A stretch of DNA of 63,851 nt, the filler included, from an uncultured Methanosarcinales archaeon (GTDB lineage: Archaea; Nanobdellota; Nanobdellia; Woesearchaeales; CAYSVS01), in assembly GCA_964434475.1 (NCBI GenBank). It is 6 parts of 6 records of this genome, joined end to end, with 100 filler letters (N's around TTAATTAATTAA, not from the genome) between each part and the next. Parts side by side here need not be neighbours in the genome. Positions count along the whole stretch, not along the records: positions 23,725 to 35,197 come from CAYSVS010000043.1; positions 35,298 to 46,725 come from CAYSVS010000044.1; 4 more parts are not named here. One strand, written 5' to 3'. The notes under the pieces were generated by a model. It saw only the letters and a list, made by a program, of their open reading frames with translations, did no database searches and was not told the origin of the DNA. The position numbers were made by a program, and so were the translations under genes. Below, one piece after another: positions 28,987-38,301 of this stretch (within the stretch, counting starts at the first letter, position 1; the number at the start of each line of letters is the position of its first letter).

Positions 28987-29025
28987 TTTTATCTACCTCC
29001 TAAATATTTATTTGTTGAAATGTGT

Positions 29026-29568
29026 CTAGGCTCTTGTCATCATCTTGCCGCACTTAGGACATTTTCTGTCAACACAAGGCGTTCCTACTATATGTGCAGT
29101 TTCATAACCGCATTCAGGACATTTGCATGATCCTCCAGGACCTTCTGCAAAACCTTGCATCCTGCCTCTGCCGCCTGACTGTAGTCTACCGACACCTCTA
29201 CCAGCACCAGCAATTCTACCTCTTAATCCTCTTCCAGTTCTAGGACCTCTTCCTGCAGGTCCTGTTTGATCTCCTCTTGGCATTTTTATCATACCTCCTT
29301 CAATTTTTATTACTTTTCCATTGATAATAGCGTCAGCAACCTTTTGCCTTGCTCTTGCCAATGTTCTTTGAAATGTACTTTGATGAATATCCATCTTTTT
29401 TGCAGATTCTACTTGGCCTAAATTTTCATAATCTTTTAACCTTATAGCTTCATACTCGCCAACAGTCAATATCACTTCCTGCAATGCAGATAAAGGCACT
29501 GCCTGCGGCTTAAAATAAACATGATTAGGCATCCGCATTATTCTTCTATATCGTCTTGGTCTTACCAT
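29026..29568 (-). CDS. DUF134 domain DNA-binding protein with C-terminal zinc motif
   Basis: MVRPRRYR, EYEAIRLKD, TFQRTLARAR, IEGG; CKCPECG...CPKCG. Confidence 0.9.
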   Translation of the reverse strand: MVRPRRYRRIMRMPNHVYFKPQAVPLSALQEVILTVGEYEAIRLKDYENLGQVESAKKMDIHQSTFQRTLARARQKVADAIINGKVIKIEGGMIKMPRGDQTGPAGRGPRTGRGLRGRIAGAGRGVGRLQSGGRGRMQGFAEGPGGSCKCPECGYETAHIVGTPCVDRKCPKCGKMMTRA

Positions 29569-29683
29569 AATTTCACCATTTTCTTTCCACATTATGCATA
29601 TATATGCAGAACTATTTAAAGATTATGGTTTTTGTTTATAAATAGAGAAAGATTTAAAAGAATCAATAAAACATTGGTAAAAT

Positions 29684-29845
29684 ATGAAATGCGAAATATG
29701 CAATGCAAAACTTGCTGAAACTTTTTTGGGCAAAATAAAAGGCACTATAGTAAAGGATGAGAAAGGAAAAAAGCATGCGATATGCTTTGACTGCCAGAAG
29801 AAGTTCAAAAACAAAGCAGAAACACTAGAAGCTTTGAAGAAATAA
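29684..29845 (+). CDS. Small CxxC...CxxC zinc-binding protein (53 aa; not in the ORF track)
   Basis: MKCEICNAKLAETFLGKIKGT...AICFDCQKK. Confidence 0.7.
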   Translation: MKCEICNAKLAETFLGKIKGTIVKDEKGKKHAICFDCQKKFKNKAETLEALKK

Positions 29846-29859
29846 TTTTTATTCTCCAT

Positions 29860-29932
29860 GCCTCTGTAGCATAGTAGCTATTGCGTCGGTCTCGTAAACC
29901 GAAGGTCGGGAGTGCAACTCTCCCCAGAGGCT
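29860..29932 (+). tRNA. tRNA-Thr(CGT)
   Basis: Acceptor stem GCCTCTG/CAGAGGC, anticodon arm TCGGT-CTCGTAA-ACCGA, T arm GGGAG-TGCAACT-CTCCC; no encoded CCA. Confidence 0.92.
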
Positions 29933-30025
29933 TATATCCCTACAGTATAGATCTTTTTTTGTAGTTTACACATAAAATAAGACAAAAAATGTTTATATCA
30001 TATTATTTCTTATAAAAACAATAAA

Positions 30026-30240
30026 ATGAAACAAACAAAAAGATTAGGAGATGTCAAATATTTTATTAATCGAGTAACTCAAGAGATTGAATTACTTCTG
30101 ATGGATAAGTTATATAATTCAGAAAAACTCCACAAAATGCTTCGTGAAAGAAGAATCTACAGCTTCGCTCCTATAAAAAAGAACTAGGCAAAAAGTCAGT
30201 TAAGAAAGCAGCTTAGAGACTGCTTTGACTATGCTCCACA
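30026..30240 (+). pseudogene. Degraded IS5-like transposase fragment
   Basis: Reads MDKLYNSEKLHKMLRERRIYSFAPIKKN*AKSQLRKQLRDCFD, resembling the DKGYD region of DDE transposases, with an internal stop. Confidence 0.5.
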
Positions 30241-30264
30241 TAAAACCTGATTAAACGAAGATTT

Positions 30265-30292
30265 ATTTCGCATAATAGGTGTTATATTCAAT
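30265..30292 (-). other. Second dif-like recombination site
   Basis: Minus strand ATTGAATATAA-CACCTA-TTATGCGAAAT; 24/28 identical to S5. Confidence 0.78.
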
Positions 30293-30428
30293 TTTTGGAT
30301 TACTTATTTTTAGAAAGAGAGAGGGGCTTAGTCCTTCGGACATTTTGCCTTTTACTTCGTAAAAGAATTTATAGGAAGGGGCGTCAAGATAGTCTTTTTC
30401 TGCGAAAAAGAAATTTATTAGGGGCGTT

Positions 30429-30920
30429 TTAAACATAAAAATAGATTATTAAACTCCATAAAATCAAAATCAAATTTGTTATTGATGTGTAAAACCAAGG
30501 AAATTTATATTTTCTTATTCTACAAAACCAAATATAAACTAGCAAAATCCACTCTACAAATATCAATATTAAATATTCTTTTACAATAGGAAAAACCCAA
30601 TTCAAAAATAAACCAAAAAGCAAAACTAAGAAAAAACCTACTACTAACTCTAACAGAAAAAACACAAAACCTTTCTCTTTCGTAGAAAATAGATGATTTC
30701 CAAATATTTTACTATAACCTTTACCACCCTCATACACAATTCCCGGAATCATCGCTCCAATTGTTAATGTAAAAAACCATACTAAAAATGTCAATAAAAC
30801 ATTTATATGAGAAATAATTGTATCTTTCATTAACCATAAAAGTAAAACATAAACTCCAGTAATGAGAAAAATAACAAGTTCAGTCCACCATTTAATTTTT
30901 TCTTTATTATTTTTTCCCAT
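30429..30920 (-). CDS. Hypothetical membrane protein (about 5 TM helices)
   Basis: Hydrophobic 163-aa ORF, last gene of the RM operon. Confidence 0.7.
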   Translation of the reverse strand: MGKNNKEKIKWWTELVIFLITGVYVLLLWLMKDTIISHINVLLTFLVWFFTLTIGAMIPGIVYEGGKGYSKIFGNHLFSTKEKGFVFFLLELVVGFFLVLLFGLFLNWVFPIVKEYLILIFVEWILLVYIWFCRIRKYKFPWFYTSITNLILILWSLIIYFYV

Positions 30921-30927
30921 AGTGATC

Positions 30928-31410
30928 TTATAATTTCGGCGTCAAACTGGAATAATCAATACAATCTCTCGCTTTATCCCACTTCGCTATTTGCATAAAT
31001 TTATTTGTTTTTGTTCCAAACTTCAATAAATCTTCTCTTTTCAAGACATTAATAATATGTGATAATCTGCCTAATCCTTTAGAAGAAACTAAAAAAGATT
31101 CTATTGGATCTATTAATTGAGTGTATCCCCAAAGCTGTCCTAAATCTTTGAGAGTTAAATCTGTGTCTTTCACTTCAACAAAAACAAGTTTAAACTCATC
31201 GCCTCTTTTCAAAATTCCTACAATATCTACTTTTATTTGTAAGCCTATTGCTTCTTTACATTGGATGCCTTTACTTTTCAAAACAACATCTAAGTTTCTT
31301 CTTGAAGTTTCATAAGTAGTCTGAACTGTATAACCTTTGTATTTATCAGTTAAGTAATTCTGCAACCATTCTTTTATTTCAGGATAAAGTTTTTCTTCTT
31401 CTTTACTCAT
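30928..31410 (-). CDS. Small PD-(D/E)XK nuclease-fold protein
   Basis: EEKLY...VDIVG...FVEVK...GQLxGY motif. Confidence 0.7.
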   Translation of the reverse strand: MSKEEEKLYPEIKEWLQNYLTDKYKGYTVQTTYETSRRNLDVVLKSKGIQCKEAIGLQIKVDIVGILKRGDEFKLVFVEVKDTDLTLKDLGQLWGYTQLIDPIESFLVSSKGLGRLSHIINVLKREDLLKFGTKTNKFMQIAKWDKARDCIDYSSLTPKL

Positions 31411-32314
31411 CGTAACCTAACTCCTTTGACATATCTTTCCAACTATCAAAATGTTTTCTAACTTTTGTGGGTAATTTCGTACTTTTTTCTTCTGGATGTT
31501 TTGGTTTTTTCCTGTTTATTTCCTTAGTCTCCCAATAAAATTTATGATGTGCTTCTGAAATTGGTTTATCCTTATATTTTTTAGAATCTTTTGATGCTTC
31601 TTTCCAATTTTTTCTGTTTAAGTCAGCAAATCTCTTTAGAAGCTTATTTTTATGGTCAATATTAAAACCTACTTTTTCAAATTCTTCTGCCCATACTTTT
31701 ATTTGATGTTCTTTATTCCAAAATTCTTTTGAACCTTCATTATATTTTTTCAAATTTGGATCAACTATGTTTGGATGAGCAAACCTAATTGTTTGAACTG
31801 GAACATCTAATTCTTTTAGCAAATTCGCAATATCTATGCACAAATCCCAATTAACCATTATTTCAACATAAACTCTATTTTCATAATCTTTCCATGCAAC
31901 ATTACTTTTTCTTATATGAGCTGTTACGTCGGCAATTCCTCTTAAAAATTCTAATTTTATGTCTTTTGTTGCAGAAAATATTTCTGTTGGTATTCTTACA
32001 TCTCTCCAGCTTACATGGTTTTTCAAATATGTGTTAATAGTTCTTATCAAATAATCTCCATTTGGTTTTGAAAAAGAAATATGGGCGATGTTTGGTCTTG
32101 AGGTGTCCCATTCCATATCTGCTCCAACAAGAATTTTTAATCTTCCAACAATATCTAATAAACTTGACTTTACTGATTGTTGGGTATTCTCTCCTTCAAT
32201 CACTAAATTTTTATGTGGAATATCTATGATAATCTCCGTATCTCTATTTCCTCTAATTATTTGTCCTTTCCCGACAATCATTCCCAATAAATAAGCTATA
32301 TCTGCATTTAACAT
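31403..32314 (-). CDS. LAGLIDADG-like two-motif protein with degenerate catalytic residues
   Basis: IAYLLGMIVGKG and IPxxIF...EFLRGIADVTA. Confidence 0.6.
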   Translation of the reverse strand: MLNADIAYLLGMIVGKGQIIRGNRDTEIIIDIPHKNLVIEGENTQQSVKSSLLDIVGRLKILVGADMEWDTSRPNIAHISFSKPNGDYLIRTINTYLKNHVSWRDVRIPTEIFSATKDIKLEFLRGIADVTAHIRKSNVAWKDYENRVYVEIMVNWDLCIDIANLLKELDVPVQTIRFAHPNIVDPNLKKYNEGSKEFWNKEHQIKVWAEEFEKVGFNIDHKNKLLKRFADLNRKNWKEASKDSKKYKDKPISEAHHKFYWETKEINRKKPKHPEEKSTKLPTKVRKHFDSWKDMSKELGYDE

Positions 32315-32318
32315 TTTT

Positions 32319-33119
32319 TCACTTCCTAAATATGAGTATGAACTCATGAACTTTATTTACTCTAAATACAAATGGATAACCAAGAGGACGCATATTATTA
32401 TACTCTTTTTGTCTATCCCAAATAATCATATCATCTAATTCAAAACCAATTTCTTGCATTTTGTTTATCATATCCATATGAAATGGATAAAACTTTGCTT
32501 TTTTTCTAATGTCCATTACCACAACGATACAATATTTTCCTTTCTTTAAAACTTTATAGACGCCTTCAAATCCTGTTTTGAGTTTATTTAAGAATTCTTG
32601 ATAATCTGCGATATTTCCCAAGTCATCTTTTGAATTACTATAATTTCTTATTTCTTTTCTATCGGCTGACCTTTTGGCGTTTAGAATATCCCAATATGGC
32701 GGAGATGTAATAACTAAATCAACAGAATCTTCTTTTAATGTTTTAGGAATATCAAAAATAGTTTTATTATAAATTTCTGGCTTAATTAAATCCTCTGGCT
32801 TTTGTTCTAAATTTAACTGAGTTTCTTTTATTCTATTTTCAGATAATTTAATGTATTCTTTAGAAAGTTCAAATCCTATTCCTTTTCGACCTAATTTATA
32901 GGCAGATACGACCGTACTTCCACTTCCTAAAAACGGATCTAAAACAACTTCCCCTTTATTTTTAGTGTGAATTTGAATTAATCTTGATGTTAATTGAGTT
33001 GGAAACATAGCAGGATGTTTTAATTTCCTTTCTCCGTTGGTTTTTTCAATATCTTTCCAAATACTAAAAGAGTATTGTAACCATTCTTTCCCTGTTAAAT
33101 TATTCATTCGTTCTCCCAT
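32319..33119 (-). CDS. Amino-DNA methyltransferase (probably N4-cytosine)
   Basis: HPAMFP, DPFLGSGST, TSPPY. Confidence 0.9.
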   Translation of the reverse strand: MGERMNNLTGKEWLQYSFSIWKDIEKTNGERKLKHPAMFPTQLTSRLIQIHTKNKGEVVLDPFLGSGSTVVSAYKLGRKGIGFELSKEYIKLSENRIKETQLNLEQKPEDLIKPEIYNKTIFDIPKTLKEDSVDLVITSPPYWDILNAKRSADRKEIRNYSNSKDDLGNIADYQEFLNKLKTGFEGVYKVLKKGKYCIVVVMDIRKKAKFYPFHMDMINKMQEIGFELDDMIIWDRQKEYNNMRPLGYPFVFRVNKVHEFILIFRK

Positions 33120-33120
33120 T

Positions 33121-34788
33121 TTACCACAAACTTTTTTCAGACATTATTTGCTTTAATGCCATGTTTATTTTATCTTGTTCAGTTTTAGTTAATCCATATA
33201 GCTTATAGACCTTTTTATCCAATTCAGGCAATAATTTTTTTATATTACCTTGATTAATTTCTCTAACAAGACTAATAATCTCTTTTTGTTTTTCTTTAGT
33301 AACTTTTTTAATTGGAATTTTGCCTAAATAAACTTTATCTGTGTGCATGGTTAATTTTGATTTATTGAAAACTGCATACATCAAATAGAAATTTATCAAT
33401 TTAGAATTTAACAAGCCATAGATATAATCTAATTCGTAAGATTTGTCTTTAAGAATAATGTTACTTACAGTATCAAAATTCAAATTTCCTTTTTCGTCTA
33501 TTGCGGAAATAATCCCTGCTTCTCTTGAAAAGATATTCTGAAGAATTATTTTTCTCTTTTGAAGTTCTCCTAATTTCGAAGAATCATTCATTAAACATTT
33601 AGCATCAATAAAAAAACCATTTGTAAAAAAAGACTTTGAAATATCATTACCCTTAATAATTGAAACATTTTCCTTGCCCTTTGATTTAGATATAATCTTA
33701 GAATTTGGACTTATAGAAATTCCTCTAAAAATGTCTGCAATATTTTCTAAATTGTTTCCTTTAATTTTATCTATCAACTCATAATAAGACTTATCTTCAA
33801 ACATCAAAAAAGTATTATATTTTTGAAAAGTTTTTTGAGGAACAAAAAATTCTTTATCCTTATCAAATAACTTGATTAAAACCTTATTATTTTGTATTTG
33901 TTCTTTTTTAGTTGTTTTTTGTATGAATAAAACAACCTGTTCTCCTCGAACATCTTTAAAACAAGTACTTAAATCAAGTATATGTAATATTTTGGAATTA
34001 TTTAATAAAAATTCCCTTAATCTTGAATATGAGTTTACTCTAATTAATGTTTTAGGCAAAACAAAAGCCATCACTCCACCCTCTTTGAGAAGCTCATAAG
34101 ATTTAGCAATAACTAAAGAAGCAGCATTTGTGCTACCATTAGCAATATGAGAGAAGAAAGATTCAGAAACATCATAATCTCTTTTATTCTTTAAAGTTAC
34201 ATAAGGGGGATTTCCGATTATAAAATCAAAGCCGCCCTCATCAAGAATTTCCGAAAATTGTTTTTTCCAATCAAAAGCTTTTTTATCCATAAGTTTATTC
34301 TCAACAATAGAATTCCCTATTTTAATATTTTTTTCAAGAATGTTTAGTGAGTTTGAATCTTGACCATTTCTTAACCATAAATTTATTCTTGCTATCTTTG
34401 TTGCAGAATTATTTAAATCAACACCAAAGATGTTATTTATTGCATTAGGATTCTTTTGTTTTAAATGATTATATGCAGTTACTAAAAAAACACCACATCC
34501 ACAAGTTGGATCTAAGATTTTAGAATCTGCTTTAATATCAAGAAAATTGACCATATAATTAACGATTTCTTGCGGAGTGTAAAACTGCCCTAAATCCTTT
34601 TTTTCTTGTTCTCTTATTAATTTTTCAAATAAAACTCCAAGGGTATCTTCTTTAATCTTTGCTATTTGTTCTTGTTCAATTTTTTTAACTACTTTTTTAA
34701 TGATTTTATCTTGATATGGTAAGGACTCCAAAGTATCTCTACTTAAATGAAAATTCTCTTGCGTTGGATGAACTAAAATAGTGTCCAT
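33121..34788 (-). CDS. N6-adenine DNA methyltransferase (gamma class) with TaqI-like TRD
   Basis: GQFYTP, LDPTCGCGVFL, GNPPY, GLLNSKL. Confidence 0.92.
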   Translation of the reverse strand: MDTILVHPTQENFHLSRDTLESLPYQDKIIKKVVKKIEQEQIAKIKEDTLGVLFEKLIREQEKKDLGQFYTPQEIVNYMVNFLDIKADSKILDPTCGCGVFLVTAYNHLKQKNPNAINNIFGVDLNNSATKIARINLWLRNGQDSNSLNILEKNIKIGNSIVENKLMDKKAFDWKKQFSEILDEGGFDFIIGNPPYVTLKNKRDYDVSESFFSHIANGSTNAASLVIAKSYELLKEGGVMAFVLPKTLIRVNSYSRLREFLLNNSKILHILDLSTCFKDVRGEQVVLFIQKTTKKEQIQNNKVLIKLFDKDKEFFVPQKTFQKYNTFLMFEDKSYYELIDKIKGNNLENIADIFRGISISPNSKIISKSKGKENVSIIKGNDISKSFFTNGFFIDAKCLMNDSSKLGELQKRKIILQNIFSREAGIISAIDEKGNLNFDTVSNIILKDKSYELDYIYGLLNSKLINFYLMYAVFNKSKLTMHTDKVYLGKIPIKKVTKEKQKEIISLVREINQGNIKKLLPELDKKVYKLYGLTKTEQDKINMALKQIMSEKSLW

Positions 34789-34928
34789 TATTTAACCTCT
34801 TTTTTTACTTCTTTTTCCATATAATTTTGAAATTGTTTGGAAACAATCCATCCTTTTTTATCGCACTGCTCTTTAAATTTATCATAAATTTCAGAATCCA
34901 CAAATAAAGTTACTCTTTTTTTAGCCAT
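34788..34928 (-). CDS. Ribbon-helix-helix regulator (46 aa; not in the ORF track)
   Basis: MAKKRVTLFVDSEIYDKFKEQCDKKGWIVSKQFQNYM; TAATG overlap with the MTase start. Confidence 0.75.
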   Translation of the reverse strand: MAKKRVTLFVDSEIYDKFKEQCDKKGWIVSKQFQNYMEKEVKKEVK

Positions 34929-34939
34929 CATCATCCCCT

Positions 34940-34957
34940 TTATGTAAGCTTACATAA
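34940..34957. promoter_or_regulatory. Perfect 18-bp palindrome, candidate operator of the RM operon
   Basis: TTATGTAAGCTTACATAA between a TATA-like tract and the RHH start. Confidence 0.55.
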
Positions 34958-35197
34958 GATTATTAACAAACATCTATATAAATCTATCGCACACTTGTCT
35001 AGTGGTAAGTGTAAAAGACGCCCCTAAATGTTCTTTTCAGAAAAGAACCAAAACAAGACGCCCCTTCTATCTTCTTTTTTTAGAAAAAAGAAGCAAAAAA
35101 TCTGACGCCCCTCTCTCGTCCTTCGGACATATACACTCCCTGCGGTCGAATTTATCAGTAATCCAAAAACTCTAAAATTTTCCTACGGAACGTTGCA

Positions 35198-35297
35198 NNN
35201 NNNNNNNNNNNNNNNNNNNNNNNNNNNNNNNNNNNNNNNNNTTAATTAATTAANNNNNNNNNNNNNNNNNNNNNNNNNNNNNNNNNNNNNNNNNNNN
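35198..35297. other. Artificial contig linker
   Basis: N-run with TTAATTAATTAA. Confidence 0.97.
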
Positions 35298-35298
35298 T

Positions 35299-35352
35299 TG
35301 TACTGGAGAATATAGATGCGATGATTTCAAGAATTATTAGCTATGCACATAC
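35299..35352. mobile_element. Repeated element end (probable IS terminus)
   Basis: Identical to 23725-23778. Confidence 0.7.
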
Positions 35353-35396
35353 CAAAAACAGAAACTTTTTTAAATAAGGTCAAATTTCTGGCTATT

Positions 35397-35912
35397 ATGG
35401 CAAGATTAAGAAAAGCTAGTACATATAGAAGAACAGAAAGACCTTATACAAGATTCAGTAAATATAGGTCTAAGAGTTATGTTAGAGCTAAGCCTAACTC
35501 AAATATAGTTAAGTTTGATCTAGGAGATCCTTCTAAAGAATTCACGCATATGATTGAACTAAAATCTAAAGAATTTCTACAGATAAGACACAATGCTCTA
35601 GAAGCTGCCAGACAGACAGCAAACAGATGCCTTGAAAAAAGAGCAGGAAAAGGCAACTATCATATGAAGATTAGAGTATACCCTCATCATATCCTAAGAG
35701 AAAATCCTCTTGCTAGCGGAGCAGGAGCTGATAGGATGAGTACAGGCATGAAAAAATCATTCGGCAAGATTATCGGCTGTGCAGCTCAGATAAAAGAAGG
35801 TCAGACAATAATCTCTGCAAGAGTAAATAAAGCTCAAGTGCCTATAGCTAAACTTGCATTAAAGAGAGCGAGCCAGAAGTTTCCCTGCAAATGCACAATA
35901 GTTGAGGCTTGA
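35397..35912 (+). CDS. rpl10e: 50S ribosomal protein uL16 (L10e)
   Basis: QIRHNALEAAR, YPHHILREN...AGADRMSTGM...FGK. Confidence 0.96.
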   Translation: MARLRKASTYRRTERPYTRFSKYRSKSYVRAKPNSNIVKFDLGDPSKEFTHMIELKSKEFLQIRHNALEAARQTANRCLEKRAGKGNYHMKIRVYPHHILRENPLASGAGADRMSTGMKKSFGKIIGCAAQIKEGQTIISARVNKAQVPIAKLALKRASQKFPCKCTIVEA

Positions 35913-36036
35913 AACAAATGATGATGATGATTTTGTTCAATTTATTTGAAGTTATCAAAACATCTATGTTCTAAACGTAAATTATATCAGCATTAAGCGG
36001 TTATGAAAAAATAATAGAGAAAGTAACAAAATGATT

Positions 36037-37005
36037 CTATTTTTTCTTTAACATTTTTTTTATCTTTTCATTGAATTCTTCATAGCTGATAACATCATAC
36101 TTCTTAGACATCTTCTTCAACTGCTTATTATCCTTTAACATGTCTACTTTGCTGAAATACACAAGCATAGGCTTATCCAATTTTTTGGTTTCATCATACA
36201 ATTTTTTCTGTTGATCTAGAGGATAACTTGCTTCTGTAAGATCAAACATATAGACAATGACATCAGCAAGATATTTTAATGCCAAATATGCCTGTTTCTC
36301 AGGCATGTTCATCTTATTGAACCTGTTCAATGTTCCAGGAGTATCAATTACCTGTATCTTTTGAGGATATATCTCAAAATATCCTATATTGATACCTTTT
36401 GTTGTAAAAGCATAGTTTGATATCTCTGCTTTCGCTCCTGTCAATTTTGTCAGCAACGTTGTCTTGCCCACATTAGGAAAACCTGCAATAGCTATTGTCT
36501 TAAATTTTGTCTTGATGGTTGGAAAGTTTCGAATCACTTTCCTAGCTTCTTCTAAGAAGACGAATGCATCTTTTACTTGTTTCATCAAAGAGCTAATCCT
36601 ACCATAATATTGTTTTCTATAATTGTTCATTGCCCTTATATCCTTGCATCTGCCTATCTTCTGAGAATATAATGCATTAAAATCAGCAACCTTTTTTCTT
36701 GCCCATATCAATGCTGCAACAGATTTTTTTAGCATACCATAATCTATAGTCGCCTTAACAAGATTAGCATAAAAATCATCCATCTGATTGACATGAGGGA
36801 ATTTTTCAATTATATCCTTAAGCTCAGCTGAAAGTATATCTGCGATGATGTTTATCTTAAGTAGTTCGATATTTCTTGATTTGATTATTCTTTCTTCTTT
36901 TGATTTCTTCTGTCTTGCTAATGACGCTTTATTCTGAGCTCTTTTTATAGCTTTATCTAGATAAAATTGATAATTCTCTATCTTCTTTATATCTGTAAAA
37001 GCCAT
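36037..37005 (-). CDS. NOG1-family GTPase
   Basis: YGRISS, GFPNVGKT, YAFTTKG, DTPG, SKVD. Confidence 0.92.
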   Translation of the reverse strand: MAFTDIKKIENYQFYLDKAIKRAQNKASLARQKKSKEERIIKSRNIELLKINIIADILSAELKDIIEKFPHVNQMDDFYANLVKATIDYGMLKKSVAALIWARKKVADFNALYSQKIGRCKDIRAMNNYRKQYYGRISSLMKQVKDAFVFLEEARKVIRNFPTIKTKFKTIAIAGFPNVGKTTLLTKLTGAKAEISNYAFTTKGINIGYFEIYPQKIQVIDTPGTLNRFNKMNMPEKQAYLALKYLADVIVYMFDLTEASYPLDQQKKLYDETKKLDKPMLVYFSKVDMLKDNKQLKKMSKKYDVISYEEFNEKIKKMLKKK

Positions 37006-37075
37006 GGAAAACTTTATAAATGCTGAATATATAAATCTATCGTAAAAGAAACAGTATTGAAAAAGAGGTTAAATC

Positions 37076-37813
37076 ATGGGCATTATGGGTTTTTTATGGC
37101 ACAGACATTATAATATAGTCAGAGCTTCAAGAGATTTTGTAGCTAAAGAATATAAAAACATTCTAGACGAAGCAAAATTATTGCAAAAAGAAGTTTCTAT
37201 ACTTAACAAGATAAAGAAGGATATGCGTTCTGGTCCACAAGGATTTAATTTTAGAAATGTAATAGATAATATCATAGGTATACTTGACGATGCTAGATTA
37301 CACTGTAATAAGCTAAAGAATATCATGATTGATCAGGATAAAGTACTCAAAGATATGCATAGGCTGATGGTAGATATAGAAAAAGGAGAAAATAGAAGAG
37401 ATAAGATCAAAGTTTTCTTGCAGCTTAGACAGGATTTTGAAAAATTCAAAGAAGAACACAATTTAGAATATATCGAACTTGAAACAAAATTGTATGATGA
37501 TGTAAATTATGCCAGCCATCAGATAAATAATCTGAAAAATTACAGATGGATTACAGCAGATTTCAATGATCTGTTCAAGTATATAAAAAAGATCCAAAAG
37601 ATGATAAGAATACTTAAGGATATAATCAGACACGAAACAAAGATGGTTTATCAGATATCAGCAAGGATAGATAATATATATGAAAAAGAGATTAAAGCCA
37701 TACAAACAGAACATGAAAGACAGCAATCAGAGAAAGAAAAAAAGAAAAACGAACAGAAAAGACAAAAACTTAGGTCTATGTTCAAAAAAAGAAGACTAGT
37801 TTATAATCACTAA
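37076..37813 (+). CDS. Hypothetical coiled-coil protein
   Basis: 245-aa ORF with GAGGT RBS. Confidence 0.65.
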   Translation: MGIMGFLWHRHYNIVRASRDFVAKEYKNILDEAKLLQKEVSILNKIKKDMRSGPQGFNFRNVIDNIIGILDDARLHCNKLKNIMIDQDKVLKDMHRLMVDIEKGENRRDKIKVFLQLRQDFEKFKEEHNLEYIELETKLYDDVNYASHQINNLKNYRWITADFNDLFKYIKKIQKMIRILKDIIRHETKMVYQISARIDNIYEKEIKAIQTEHERQQSEKEKKKNEQKRQKLRSMFKKRRLVYNH

Positions 37814-38071
37814 CTATCTTTTATACAGAACAACAACATTACCCACAACATCTATTAACTCGGATCTTGTTTTCTCAGCAACTTCGTTAGCGCATTGTTT
37901 TCTATCTTTATCTTCTACAAAACTCCTTAGAAATCTTACTTTCACAAGCTTCTTCGCTTTCAGATTCTTTCTTATCTCGTCCAAAATATTATGAGTCATC
38001 CCATTTTTGCCAATCCTTGCAACTGGCTCCATGTACTTTGCTTTATCCCTAAGTTCTTTCTTTGAAGACAT
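37814..38071 (-). CDS. YhbY/CRM-domain RNA-binding protein
   Basis: PVARIGKNG, LVKVRF, VGNVVVLY. Confidence 0.9.
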   Translation of the reverse strand: MSSKKELRDKAKYMEPVARIGKNGMTHNILDEIRKNLKAKKLVKVRFLRSFVEDKDRKQCANEVAEKTRSELIDVVGNVVVLYKR

Positions 38072-38301
38072 TTTAATATTTACATATCAAGCATATTTAA
38101 AAAACTTTACATCTTTTCTTAAATAATATATACTTTATTACTTATTAGGGTTTTTATTTTTAGATTAAAATAGTATAGCTGTTATTTTTTGGCATGTCAA
38201 TAACATCTTGAAAAATCTTTAAGGTATTGCTGACTGCTTTGCTTTCCCATAGGGAGCATCATAGAGCATAAGGAGTTTTAACCTTAAGTATGCTATACAG
38301 A

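Larger units (their letters stand above)
30282..35197 (-). mobile_element. Restriction-modification cassette of the same family as the 1-9 kb array
   Basis: Four nested IR pairs (30290-30304/35157-35171, 30317-30327/35107-35117, 30375-30385/35057-35067, 30418-30427/35018-35027); end motifs shared with cassette 4; far junction lost at the contig end. Confidence 0.8.

Noticed and set aside
24319..29568. NifB/NifX-domain genes as evidence of nitrogen fixation
   Set aside because: This is the common DUF134-NifX-MinD/ferredoxin cluster of anaerobes; no nifHDK is present.
29860..30292. tRNA-Thr as the integration site of the RM island
   Set aside because: No duplicated tRNA 3' end is visible, and the island's IR system starts at the dif-like site about 330 bp away.
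30331..30341. GTCCTTCGGAC as an RNA cUUCGg tetraloop of an ncRNA
   Set aside because: The G-T wobble bias and the GTA/GGA/GCA loop variants favour the opposite strand (CCGAAGG, a DNA GNA triloop). An RNA role is not fully excluded.
35343..35396. N-terminal extension of rpl10e in the ORF track
   Set aside because: That ATG lies in the repeated IS-like end; the real start is probably 35397.
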